Of a stretch of 64,000 bases of DNA, positions 50,301-57,684 are shown in pieces; within the stretch, counting starts at the first letter, position 1; each line of letters begins with the position of its first letter. A program made the position numbers and the translations under genes. A model generated the notes under the pieces. That model was not told where the DNA came from. It made no database searches and saw only the letters and a program-made list of their open reading frames with translations. The DNA is from a virus (lineage: Duplodnaviria > Caudoviricetes). The stretch covers positions 1,821-65,820 of the IMG/VR virus record IMGVR_UViG_3300046000_006661. One strand, given 5' to 3'.

Positions 50301-52490
50301 CAAAGCATCTTCATTAATTTTCTTGCCAGAGCTAACTCCGAGTTTAGTGAAAATATAATCATCTTCTTTTCTTGTTTTTGACTGTCCTTTTCCAAGTACT
50401 AGCCCCGCTTCGTTTTGATAGGATTTAATTGCTTTTTTTTGTCTAAAGACGCTAATTATAGCTTTAAATTGATCAGATAGATCTGCATTTTCTCCATTTC
50501 TTAAAGCTCCTGATTTAGATTTTTTAAAAGAATCTACAGTCGTAAATGGAGTTTCAATGATTTCTGGCTTTATTGTATTTGCAAAATTTGGAACCAATCC
50601 TCCAGCTGCATTGATTTTCTTTGCTCCCGATGGCAACCCCATAGATTGAACCATACGTCTATTAAACACAGCAGTGCCACCACTTCCATTGAAATTCGGC
50701 ACAACATACTCGCCAGTATGTGCAACCATCGTCCCTTTTTTACCGCCTCCAAAATTAAAGTTTGGCATGACAACTGGTCTATCACCAGAACGAGCGCCAC
50801 CTACTCCTTGTTTGATTGCCTTGCTTTCTTTTGCAACTGCTGGCATATAACCGCCAGCGCTATTGCCAATGCGCAAACCAGAATCTTTAGCTCTACCTCC
50901 TACATTATAAAGAGGCGCTGCTAGTCCAGAGGAAATATTAGCGCTTCTTCTAAGAAGAGCTTCTTGCTCAACCAATGCTCCAGTAATTAATCTCAATTGA
51001 GCTGCTCTGTTGCCTTCTAATGCAAACAGTTGCTGTTGCAGATTGACGTTCTTGGATAATATTTGAGAAATTGCTCCCTCGACATTTTGAACTTCTTTAG
51101 CTGCCTTACCAACTCCAAAGAATGCCTTCAAGCTAGCAAATCCAAACTGTACTAAATCTTTTGAAAGTTTAAGAATAATGCCGCCAAATAAAGCCAATCC
51201 TGGACCAGCTAAAAAGCTTCCAAGACCTTTAACAAGTCCACGAACCAAATTTCCTAAACCGCTTTCTTCGCCTAAAACTTTTTGAATGCCTTCTAGCAGA
51301 CCATTGAAAAAGCCTAAAACATTTTTCAGGCTATCTGTTACGCCAATTTCACCAAGTTTCGCGCCAAGTTGCTCAGCACTTACAGCAACTTTATTTAATA
51401 ATGCGGCTAGCGTTTGATTAAGAACTGCATTTTTCTGATACGCCTTGCTTCCAGCTTCACCCATAGCCTTCAAAGCGCCAGTAGTAACGGATGCTTCATC
51501 AGAAAGGTCGTTTAATGCAGCTAGCAATTTATCCAATTGATATACACCGCCTAGTTTTTTGGCAATATCTGCTTGCTCAATTTGAGAAAAACTGCCCATT
51601 TTTTTAGCCAAGTTTTCTAATATTTTTAACGCTGGCAATACTTCTCCTTGAAGATCTGTAACTCCTACACGCATGTCTTGCAAATCGGACAAAACAGCTT
51701 TATCTTGTATTCTGCTAAAAATTGTTTTAAAAGCGTTACCGATAACAGCGCCACCTCTAGCGGTTTTTTCTTGAACTGCTGTAATAACAGCCGCTAATTC
51801 TTCAAACGAAACTCCAGCTAAATTAGCAACTGAGGCAGATCGCTTGAGACCCTCAATAATATCTCTTTCCGATACTGAATATTTTTGAGCAGCAGCAACA
51901 ACTTTATTGAGAATTTCTGCTGTGGTGATTCCAGAACTCTTGAATGAGTTAAATGCAGCAGTCAAACCTTCAACAGATTGTGCGGCATCTAGTCCAGAAA
52001 GCCGCGAAAGAATCAAAGCATCGTTTAATCTAGCAAGTGTATCTTCTGCGTTCAAACCTTGACGAGCCAATTCTAATGCACCTTTAGCAACTTCGTCAAA
52101 CGATTTGCCAGTATTTTTTGCCACGTTAAAAATATCTTGACCAAATTTGTCAAGTTCTGAGCCTGTCTTATTTAAGACGGTGCTAATTTCTACTAGACTT
52201 TTTTCTACTTTAATAGTGCTAGTCAAAAGTCCAGACATCGCCTTAGATACGCCAGCAATAATACCAGCTGAAGCTCCGAACGCCAAAACACGCGCATTTG
52301 CTGCTGCCATGGATTTTGAGAACTCATCTGCCTGACCAGTAATCCTACCCAATGGTTGGCTCAATGCGTTAATTTGCTTTGAGTTTGTTCCCAAGTTAAT
52401 CTGCGAAGAACTACCTACACGCTTCATTGCAGCGGCGATACTTTGCTCTAATCCGACTTGAGTAACTTGTAATTGAATAGACTGTGACAT
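41316..52490 (-). CDS. Tape measure protein with internal cargo modules (3724 aa)
   Basis: TP901-type core (ELARQG, TARGGAVIGNAFKTIFSRI), hydrophobic G/A segments, long coiled coils, FASGG/D.VPAML.GGE C-terminal motifs; AGGAG SD upstream. Confidence 0.92.
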   Translation of the reverse strand: MSQSIQLQVTQVGLEQSIAAAMKRVGSSSQINLGTNSKQINALSQPLGRITGQADEFSKSMAAANARVLAFGASAGIIAGVSKAMSGLLTSTIKVEKSLVEISTVLNKTGSELDKFGQDIFNVAKNTGKSFDEVAKGALELARQGLNAEDTLARLNDALILSRLSGLDAAQSVEGLTAAFNSFKSSGITTAEILNKVVAAAQKYSVSERDIIEGLKRSASVANLAGVSFEELAAVITAVQEKTARGGAVIGNAFKTIFSRIQDKAVLSDLQDMRVGVTDLQGEVLPALKILENLAKKMGSFSQIEQADIAKKLGGVYQLDKLLAALNDLSDEASVTTGALKAMGEAGSKAYQKNAVLNQTLAALLNKVAVSAEQLGAKLGEIGVTDSLKNVLGFFNGLLEGIQKVLGEESGLGNLVRGLVKGLGSFLAGPGLALFGGIILKLSKDLVQFGFASLKAFFGVGKAAKEVQNVEGAISQILSKNVNLQQQLFALEGNRAAQLRLITGALVEQEALLRRSANISSGLAAPLYNVGGRAKDSGLRIGNSAGGYMPAVAKESKAIKQGVGGARSGDRPVVMPNFNFGGGKKGTMVAHTGEYVVPNFNGSGGTAVFNRRMVQSMGLPSGAKKINAAGGLVPNFANTIKPEIIETPFTTVDSFKKSKSGALRNGENADLSDQFKAIISVFRQKKAIKSYQNEAGLVLGKGQSKTRKEDDYIFTKLGVSSGKKINEDALERYKKEWLEAGADPSAVSSIETSIRNIKYAKGDTKGNKDKWIKLQNKVQGVIGEIDASQLLGKPILGKNSFFDLTDNNEVKTTERQNLFEIVKKYANSFLSNNYIKNPFDENVSGKLGLVVPYDTKLNNSSYFEQRTSQRASERKINSIIDNSAGGFIPNFAEAPRPKAIDDEIRKYVEAGNIENYIRPGKDEFGRPYRSYWFPDGTQAAPSQVERVMKSSRAVSAVNADIKQAKIADKGSYELNAQNLGGIALISPRFGKKKGLLNTTMKIADIPFFNYKDAPPIDKNKYIQLSGIQKTNTPSGRDIEGVEEDISDTFAQGIVDLAYKLYGKLFAQNEDWVGTIRKIAKTPGQQLLPTAAQGDLFEAAGKVAVNSLRDAVDLKTGNLKSTGIFSGKEQNRPFDFSNAEGISKIFGITAERGEAKRGGEANFESSGQVQGIIKKVFNDPEYSARALKILKAKGAFNLSEAQKAVQAKNAFGGFIPNFANPLQDAVNREMSAGIPASQIYVDKSPTLKNAANPMGLMVANRRDEPAGGFQGINRAIKEGADPMTYGAADGFVPNYVAAIPPQYQSIAYGRKPTTAPDALSGYIPGLNKRISNVTGKKSKTATDPKSRSYASYSLKQLDASLYDPLSYDPKSTGSKLKNYINIDYIRSLQKGDGLRMFNHLGALSKRSGMKLYSTILLAQDKTRLDDLEANLQGGQRVGFEEILKGMYPQLWYRKNSNVKNTNIDSFSYRGKNGREINAKRVSGKDVFSLLINEIKGLHNKTQSGPKEFIEDLRGGSLSIGISSIVDTFARGYIPNAAGGFVPNFGVMDAFNAAKFAISSSKNLGSQLPQGVISSALKGKLDLDKVWPMVSKFVEEPERLIKTRKDLDNAKYTIKTFLTNDKLREKFAKFAAQRINTAFYNNKNVISGTRESGGGEGHSIDADSEEYLKYKLLGGQKSLKDYDGKKSDAYIQKGEFLKLNPKSEHGKQVATEAALAGRRGYADDHGQDKARMTDHKGGFYGNTALLGGFTGKQKLVMRKNEFPQAYASYKDSWDVALHPAEKEILYKYLDGQLRPSASEFSKIIQSQNAYVESEQRGFNIGPYILRELVSSIPKAKPAVFKGVVPFNTRAAGGFIPNFAGGTPNRASENAKRLLEKLKPLTGIAKTLGFDQFLGAVLPNGISPIEQDLVGKSLEQVIPAAKAGFQDLMNRGIGVSVSTREMGAFQSILKDLIDLDAGIPLRSGSHINDPTPMIQGLVKRARIAHKQIKEQARRNIEGGAAGGFLPNFANPLQAAVGREMAAGVPASQIYIDKSPALKNAANPMGLMVANRRDEPAGGFQGISRARKEGANPMMYGAAGGFVPNFAAGAAGADISPYVGLKPSEATVKINQGLTDNLKQIQDEYDNQEKSLKQTSESLKKRSKIERDMLKKEEDLLKQIQANLAAAQAAGKKSPQAQAAITNMQMQEAQQQKAVAAAQQPLRQTLEERKQIAIQSKTLATDTANKKAEANQNAANLQAAVTQSAKRSITNPMGKVRDTSTTPGGNRDMLGTIFAVQGAMSALTGATEGATSGMAKLFNSFGAVASSVTTVVFAGQGLSQAFGGAEKGFGRVIGKLGGVAAVGVGLYVAFKEAIKYVDSNNQGMKSAAEATGRLAEAASKASVNLDNINPAIKKRFEEEARASVLAIGSKAQKLTSDGEQTTGQKLMAPAFQVVAKAMGQKIDMTSLRYSDLTEGLGDTLNQELYTSMANARGVGIPQKTIDELLLNYAKQGDKNELGEVQLNGGQVKNYINELNKMMSEIPSTLSPQNLLNQIGEDNAKVLGSASYEEIQSAKSIADTMYLYEGKDFKKGSFEYNSFKDAQSRQTPESTILLNLIKSLKKEGISEEIQNEYINKTTSLAKDQEKAIAEENISATARSPRELQETIKAIKREKLERESIRTIEQQIADKRYDSSLLVAGIEADLNLSASNRTIKTLEAQAALEKQTAELEAQKTIQEELNKLAGEFMDKGLFKGSNAEDKVRATLKNLKDNKEAQAILSSNNQQQAAIDFAKAQLQGTDLKENIYAAEQLAKAILNALDLQERTNRAVQDGNDEKEKSKNLEIAKNKIQEQNNKASERYAQLMSARATDISNQSTQVGYASQLKNADIDVKLAQLSKTNGISPFERRDEENRLERLKFQNELQSERERNILDAKAEFVRNAKLEENILALGDNNEQIKENTIALKKLVEVIPNNPLASNFRLGPVGSATDRMSKAGGAKPSFMKEFGNPTGRTSSIADYRPATDTGLATTTVLTTKVSEEEKFKKAEELSKLTDSAEIYNSALKYATEELTLQDEAAASLAQKLAQAANTIRSGEDAAKAKEDLREREDAIKQINGEIQSIGQSENSQLQRQLDDLKGSPSTFAEGMQNAFLQMQIDGEQFAYLLGKDIPKMFSDGISGAINSAIEGTVSLKEGFRSAAYELVKTINQRMTSRLVDRIVSGKPKGKGEEAAGGGGFIDFLSGMLGFASGGKVTGGSGSKDDVPAMLMGGEYVVNKKAVSKYGPKFLEAINNGTLNGYANGGMVDSEKNPYNKLIQNIYEERRSKAKKIQGGNAGFYTPGTYNTGAILGKRDLLSFATQSGTSGVFDRMTNENGYQSIALEPESPMLSVSGMRNSPQFEATQSAKQQAFDLYLQQYNAEIEAKKQEKEKKKALTSQLLMLVGSAALGGIGNAASSGAKAALGNLPKDAGFFQKFGTAFSGAIKGGKVGNQQVGGLSNLFSGAGKMFSGDFAGAVNKFKLSQIGNAKQLSDLYQSDQNFASYIDKSGGIGALRAEPVSGAMPFSANASIPRGTARTPAGVVFDAATSMSGGNLFPEGLSDPNMTPLVENPEFILLPRKPKGSATGGMIPSRSGIDTVPAMLSGGEFVMNRSAVQSIGAPNLQSMNSGGTSITSEETSKELNEKLLAKLDELIGASGSTGNITINVAPSGQTSQETSQDPSASRQQLARQIKDAVLQIINDEKRIGGSLRR
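46242..50864 (-). repeat. About ten dispersed AxGG(F/Y/L)(I/V/L/M)PNF repeats and a duplicated ~75-aa module inside the tape measure gene
   Basis: Copies near 50850, 50595, 49830, 48850, 48620, 47900, 47875, 46935, 46485 and 46255. Identical 27-mer at 46246-46272 and 47863-47889. Confidence 0.9.
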
Positions 52491-52512
52491 GGCTCCTTTT
52501 TCCTATAAAGGA

Positions 52513-52518
52513 TTACAC
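52513..52518 (-). promoter_or_regulatory. GTGTAA motif
   Basis: 22 nt before the tape measure ATG, with an SD in between. Confidence 0.55.
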
Positions 52519-52532
52519 CAAAAGTCTATGAA

Positions 52533-53504
52533 CTAGCCCATTAATTCTATCAATTGATCCATATTCATTACGCCGCCATTTTTGCTAATCTCATCGGACA
52601 AGCTAATGGCTCTAGCATTTGGATCAATCGCTTCTAAATCTTCTTTTGTAGCGCCGAAGACTGCTGAAGCTCCTTTTTCAGTATTGACATTTCCTTTATT
52701 GCTGTTGCCCTTCTTTCTTTCAACAAAGTCGAAAATTGCTTCTGGGTCTTGTTTCATTCTTTCGGGAATGTCTTCATTGTATTGGAACATATTGAAGAAA
52801 ATACGCGCATAGATTGCGAGCTTCAATTGATAAACAGAAAGCTCAATAATCGGCTTACCATAAAACGCCGAAACGTCTTCTGTTTGCGACATATACATGT
52901 TGAAGAAGTCACGCAATACCACACGTTGTATGTTCGACTCACTTAGCCTTCGACTAATGTAATCGTTTTCTTTTACAAAGAACTCCACCTCTTCTTCTGA
53001 TAGATTAGAAAACTGCTCATCTGTAAAGAAATGGCGAGAACACTGTTGATCGGCATAAATCAAATATCGAATAAATTCCTCGTTGGATCGTTGAGAACCG
53101 TACCGCTCAGATGTCTTTCCTACAAGTTCTGCTTTTTTATTAAACAAGAAATAAAGCTCTTTTTGTTTAGCCTCAAGAGTTTCTTGAATATTTTTTTTCT
53201 GCGATGGTAGGAATGAGTTTCTTTTTGCGCCTCTTAAACCCTCCATCTCTTGTTCGAGTTCTATAATTTTGCGATCATCGTTGTCGCTCCATAATCCATC
53301 TTCACGCAAAGAATCGAGCATCTCCTCTTCCGAGGGGATGCCCTTTGATTCTGCAATTGATTTGTATTTGTTGTAAAATCTGTGGATATATCGTTGGTCT
53401 CGAATAGAGAAATGCTTGATGTATACAGTCTTTCCTTGAAAAGTTATGTCTGTATAGCCATCAAATATTTCTCCAACGATTCCAATGTATTCCTCTTCAG
53501 TCAC
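52533..53504 (-). CDS. Putative tail assembly chaperone (second paralog)
   Basis: Immediately upstream of the tape measure gene; helical; resembles 53507..54268. Confidence 0.6.
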   Translation of the reverse strand: MTEEEYIGIVGEIFDGYTDITFQGKTVYIKHFSIRDQRYIHRFYNKYKSIAESKGIPSEEEMLDSLREDGLWSDNDDRKIIELEQEMEGLRGAKRNSFLPSQKKNIQETLEAKQKELYFLFNKKAELVGKTSERYGSQRSNEEFIRYLIYADQQCSRHFFTDEQFSNLSEEEVEFFVKENDYISRRLSESNIQRVVLRDFFNMYMSQTEDVSAFYGKPIIELSVYQLKLAIYARIFFNMFQYNEDIPERMKQDPEAIFDFVERKKGNSNKGNVNTEKGASAVFGATKEDLEAIDPNARAISLSDEISKNGGVMNMDQLIELMG

Positions 53505-53506
53505 AA

Positions 53507-54268
53507 TTAGAGTTCATTACTTTCGACTCGCTTCATTAGGTCGTCGAATGAATCTTTATCGGAAGCTTGATTGAAGAACCAGAACGCCAAAATTGTTGCG
53601 GCTTTTTTGGTAATCAAGAAATAGAGCGAATCGTCGGATTCTTCTTTCTTGTAATATTCTGCAAGCTTGTCGTCAAAATCTCCAGCTCCAAAATAAGGCG
53701 TTGGATTTTCGTCATCAACTCCTTGAATATAGGTAAGCATGATAACATACCAAAGAATAAGCCTGTTCTGAGCTTTGACATCGGCAGTATGATCGAACAG
53801 TGCTTGATAATTCGACTCTGTTTCAACAATCTTGCGGCGAACTAATTGAAGCTCTTCGATAATTTCATCGACTCTTTTCGTTTGTTTTTCCGTTTTGTTT
53901 TGAATAATTTCGAGTCTTGAGTAATCAGACTGCAATTCAAAAATCTTTTTATAATTATCTACTAGCTCTTGAGCGTCATCTTCGCTCATTAGACCGCCAG
54001 TATCGCTATACTTTTTCGCTAACATCGCTTTCGTGAGAATGCCTTTTTTAATGCACTTGCTCATTTCAACACTAAACTCAAGTTCAGCATCTTCTAGTTC
54101 GCGGCGAGATGGCTTTTTAATTTTGACTGCGAGAGGCTCTTTTTCCTTGACTTTTTTAGTCACGGTAATCTGCTCGCCAGTTTTCTTGTCTGTTTTAGAC
54201 GAGCTAACTTCCTTTTCCACTTCTCTGTCAACAGAGAAACTATATAATTCTTTAAAACCTTTTTCCAT
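53507..54268 (-). CDS. Putative tail assembly chaperone (first paralog)
   Basis: Position, plus a V.IKKPS..E motif typical of such chaperones. Confidence 0.6.
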   Translation of the reverse strand: MEKGFKELYSFSVDREVEKEVSSSKTDKKTGEQITVTKKVKEKEPLAVKIKKPSRRELEDAELEFSVEMSKCIKKGILTKAMLAKKYSDTGGLMSEDDAQELVDNYKKIFELQSDYSRLEIIQNKTEKQTKRVDEIIEELQLVRRKIVETESNYQALFDHTADVKAQNRLILWYVIMLTYIQGVDDENPTPYFGAGDFDDKLAEYYKKEESDDSLYFLITKKAATILAFWFFNQASDKDSFDDLMKRVESNEL

Positions 54269-54273
54269 ACTTG

Positions 54274-54561
54274 TTATTTAAATATAAATGAAACAGAATA
54301 GTTTTCCATTTCTTCAGTAAAATTTCTTAGAGATTCGTTGCCGCCATCAAGTATTCTTTTACGAATCCAATTCAACTTATCGTTGGTAAAGTGATTTGCA
54401 GCAGTAATAATAACGTGATGTTCTTCTGGAATTAGCTCGTAAAGCTTATTATAATGAAAGTCGTGATCAGCTTTCATGTCCTCCAAAATTTTCAAGTAAT
54501 TCTTGAATAAAGCGGTGACTTCTTTCTTGTGCTGCTTTAATAAGTAGTGATTAGCGTCCAT
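54274..54561 (-). CDS. Hypothetical protein
   Basis: 95-aa ORF heading the chaperone operon. Confidence 0.65.
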   Translation of the reverse strand: MDANHYLLKQHKKEVTALFKNYLKILEDMKADHDFHYNKLYELIPEEHHVIITAANHFTNDKLNWIRKRILDGGNESLRNFTEEMENYSVSFIFK

Positions 54562-54588
54562 TTTATCTATTTTATAATAGAAAAAAAA

Positions 54589-54594
54589 GTGTAA
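54589..54594 (+). promoter_or_regulatory. GTGTAA motif
   Basis: 8 nt before ATG 54603, with an A-tract upstream. Confidence 0.6.
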
Positions 54595-54602
54595 ATTTCA
54601 AT

Positions 54603-55061
54603 ATGCCAAGTTTAATTAACCAAAAACTCATGGATAGGGTCAGTCTTAGATTAGCTGATCTACATGATACTTTCTCCCGCGAAATCACTGTTTATAAAAA
54701 TGCAAAAAGAGTTGCCATTGCCAGCTCTCCTTCATTCAACGCTATTTATGGTAATTCTGGCGCAACAAATACATCTGAATATCAAACAGTATCTGCAACA
54801 TTCTCAGCTCGCATTTACTATCTAAAGATGGATGAAGAATTTTTTCAAAACTCTTCTGCTGGCACTGATTCCCAAAATAAAATCATCATGCCAAACGGTT
54901 CTGTAAAAATTGTTGTCGATCCTAGAGGCTATTTGTTTATTAGAGAAGCTCGCAAGGTTGAGTTTGACGGCATCACGTTTTCCATTCGCAGCGATGGTAA
55001 TCCAATTGGTTTGTTTAGTAATCAATACTATGAATTTCTTTTGACACCTATCGACGAATAA
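54603..55061 (+). CDS. Putative head-closure/neck protein
   Basis: Beta-rich 152-aa ORF, first of the neck-tail operon, GTGTAA upstream. Confidence 0.55.
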   Translation: MPSLINQKLMDRVSLRLADLHDTFSREITVYKNAKRVAIASSPSFNAIYGNSGATNTSEYQTVSATFSARIYYLKMDEEFFQNSSAGTDSQNKIIMPNGSVKIVVDPRGYLFIREARKVEFDGITFSIRSDGNPIGLFSNQYYEFLLTPIDE

Positions 55062-55663
55062 TGAAAATTGGCAACCCCATAATCCCGCAATCTGTTCTTA
55101 AAAAAGCTCGCAAAGACTCTGCAAAGGTTTTGCAAGCGCAAGTTTATGAATCAATTCAAAGAGAGTTTAACATAATCAAAGAACAAATGATTCGCGACTT
55201 TTTGAACTTGCCAGTTACTCAAGAAATTATGGGAGGCTCGGATTCTCCTAATATTTCTAGCACATTAGTTGGTGGAGGCAATCTTTTTGGCTTTATAGGA
55301 TTTGAGCGATCAGATAAACCCATCGAGCCTATTTTAGATCTTTTGGAGTCTTCATCTATTACGATTCGCGAAGGAGCCGATCATCTTGTTACTATTACAA
55401 TTCCATCTGCCGCATCTATTTTTAGCGTCACACCAATGCCATGGGCATCTGGACGCAGCTGGGCAAAAGGTATTGAAAGTGGAATTTCTGGGCTTGGCTT
55501 CTACATTGCAAAAAGTGGCGTTGGAAGATCAACCGCTGGAGTTCAATCTACCAAAAAAGTAAAAAGTGGAACCTTCAAACGAACTCAATACATATCCACC
55601 TTTATACAAAAATACATCAAACAATTTTCCTCAATCAAATCGTCACAATTAAATCTTAAATAA
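55061..55663 (+). CDS. Putative neck/tail-completion protein
   Basis: Lies between the closure-like and terminator-like genes; basic, Gly-rich C-terminal half. Confidence 0.5.
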   Translation: MKIGNPIIPQSVLKKARKDSAKVLQAQVYESIQREFNIIKEQMIRDFLNLPVTQEIMGGSDSPNISSTLVGGGNLFGFIGFERSDKPIEPILDLLESSSITIREGADHLVTITIPSAASIFSVTPMPWASGRSWAKGIESGISGLGFYIAKSGVGRSTAGVQSTKKVKSGTFKRTQYISTFIQKYIKQFSSIKSSQLNLK

Positions 55664-55666
55664 TCA

Positions 55667-56515
55667 ATGATCGAACAATTCCAACACAAAGCAACAAACT
55701 CTTTCATGCTGTGGTTTGACAACTACTTGCTAAAAAAGGGACAAGCCTATTCTAATAAAAGCGGCTCATTCTATTACTATTCCGATGATCGTCTCGATGA
55801 TCGCTTCAAGGCTTTTGGCAGTCCATATAAACAATGGGTGAATGATTCATCTATCGCTGGCGCAACTGTACCATCTGGCGTTTATGTCGGTGGAACTTTT
55901 CAGCCGCGAAGTTCTTCACTTCTTTTAGATTTTACTAATGGTCGCGCATTGATTAGTGGCGCAGCTTCTACAGCATCTGTTTCAGGTTCTTTCGCGGTAA
56001 AAGATTTCAACATCTACTTTACCAATGACGGAGAAGAAGATTTGATCGTGGACAAAAAATACACGCCCAACTCTCGCATTTTTTCTGCGGCTGCATCTTA
56101 TATTGAGCCATACGATAATGTCGTGCCAGCTATTTTCTTGTCGAGCCAATCAATCAACAATGCACCATTTTCTTTTGGCGGCGAAGACACGACCAAGATC
56201 CAAATGAAAGCAGTAGTAATGGCAGAAAACTCTTATCAACTTGATGGCGCACTTTCTATTTTCGCCGATAGCTTCAACGAGGTTTTCCCGACAATACCAT
56301 TCTCTGGCAATCCAACCACTGAATATGGAGATATTAAAAACGGCACTTATTCTTATGATTCATTAAAAAACCAATACAATGGTGAGCCGCTTTTCTTTAT
56401 TGATGAAGTTGTAACGTCTAAATTAAGCGACAAAGCAAGAAAGTCTTTATCGAATGATTTATTTATTGGATTTATTGATTTTGAAATTCACCAACAAAGA
56501 TTTCATCGTTTGTAA
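55667..56515 (+). CDS. Putative tail terminator protein
   Basis: VPAIFL......PFSFGG and GFIDFEI motifs; directly upstream of the tube gene. Confidence 0.55.
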   Translation: MIEQFQHKATNSFMLWFDNYLLKKGQAYSNKSGSFYYYSDDRLDDRFKAFGSPYKQWVNDSSIAGATVPSGVYVGGTFQPRSSSLLLDFTNGRALISGAASTASVSGSFAVKDFNIYFTNDGEEDLIVDKKYTPNSRIFSAAASYIEPYDNVVPAIFLSSQSINNAPFSFGGEDTTKIQMKAVVMAENSYQLDGALSIFADSFNEVFPTIPFSGNPTTEYGDIKNGTYSYDSLKNQYNGEPLFFIDEVVTSKLSDKARKSLSNDLFIGFIDFEIHQQRFHRL

Positions 56516-56568
56516 TTTTTTTTTCTCTTTTTTTTATTGTTGATGTAAACAAAGTAAAGTAAACACTT

Positions 56569-57684
56569 ATGGCAAGAAATCGAATCATTTATCAATCGGA
56601 AGGCGTATATATCAGCAAAGAAGCTACCTCTACTGGCAGCGGTGATCACGCCCAGCTTTCTCGCGTACAATCCGCGAACTACAATTTCAACATTGCTCGT
56701 CAGGATGTTAACCAATACGGTGAGTTGGCTCGTATCGACTCTATCGTTCTGGAATCTCCTACTGTGTCGATGGATATGAGCTACTACATCACTGATGGTC
56801 GAAATGAAGCCGCTCTTGGTTTCTATGTTCCCACTGGCACTCAAACTCAGTCTCAGTTCCCATCTGGTCACATTGTAGACGGAAGTGGAAGAAATCTTTA
56901 TATCGTAACCAGTAACGAAGGTACCGACCTTAACAACTTTGATGGCGCATCTAGCTTGAGTGGTAAAGGTTGCATCGGCGTTGGCAATGCTTATCTTACC
57001 GATTACTCAATTGAGTTGGCTGTTGGCAGCATTCCTACCGCAACTGTTAGCTTCGAAGGCTCCAACATGAATGCATTCACATTCAGCGGAACTAATTCAG
57101 GAACTTCTGTTGCGATCAATCAAGAATCTGGAACTGCACTTAATTCTGTTATTCGCTTGAAAGAACCCGATAGCTTTACTGGAGCTGCTGTGGTTACTGC
57201 TCTTCGTCCTGGTGACGTTACCATTAACTTTGGCACTTGGGGAACTGGCGGTTTGATTTCTAAACTCGGTGGCACTGATGGTGCGCACATTCAAAGCGCA
57301 AGCTTGTCTCTTCCTCTTGGTAGAACTCCAATTGAGCGACTTGGTTCTAAATTCGCTTTTGCGCGTGTTGTTGACTTCCCAGTTACCGCTACTCTTACTT
57401 TGAATGGCGTACAAAACGAAGTTGCTGGTGGCAACTTGGTTGATTTGGTCAATGCAAATCCCAAGCAAGACATCACAATTTCGGTCAAGAAGCCAGGAAC
57501 TAACACTAATGAGCTTGCTGTTGTATACGTTATCAAACGTGCGCAGCTTGATTCTGCTAGTGTTTCTAGCTCGATTGGTTCAAACAAAACTGCTGACTTT
57601 ACATTCACAACTCAAATCGGTGGTGCTAACGACACAGACAACGGTATTCAGATGAGCGGGAGCTTTACAACAGCCCCTTTTTAA
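56569..57684 (+). CDS. Major tail tube protein
   Basis: Two tandem tube-like domains (RVQSANYNFNIARQDVNQYG / IQSASLSLPLGRTPIERLG); synteny; followed by a terminator. Confidence 0.82.
   Translation: MARNRIIYQSEGVYISKEATSTGSGDHAQLSRVQSANYNFNIARQDVNQYGELARIDSIVLESPTVSMDMSYYITDGRNEAALGFYVPTGTQTQSQFPSGHIVDGSGRNLYIVTSNEGTDLNNFDGASSLSGKGCIGVGNAYLTDYSIELAVGSIPTATVSFEGSNMNAFTFSGTNSGTSVAINQESGTALNSVIRLKEPDSFTGAAVVTALRPGDVTINFGTWGTGGLISKLGGTDGAHIQSASLSLPLGRTPIERLGSKFAFARVVDFPVTATLTLNGVQNEVAGGNLVDLVNANPKQDITISVKKPGTNTNELAVVYVIKRAQLDSASVSSSIGSNKTADFTFTTQIGGANDTDNGIQMSGSFTTAPF

Noticed and set aside
46242-50864. CRISPR array or DGR template/variable repeats
   Set aside because: The repeats are in-frame peptide motifs at irregular 0.2-1 kb spacing. 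Differences are mostly synonymous rather than adenine-specific, and no cas or reverse transcriptase gene is present.
53500-53620. Classical G/GT -1 frameshift between the two pre-TMP genes
   Set aside because: The downstream frame has TGA at 53514-53516, and there is no XXXYYYZ heptamer in the last codons of the upstream gene.
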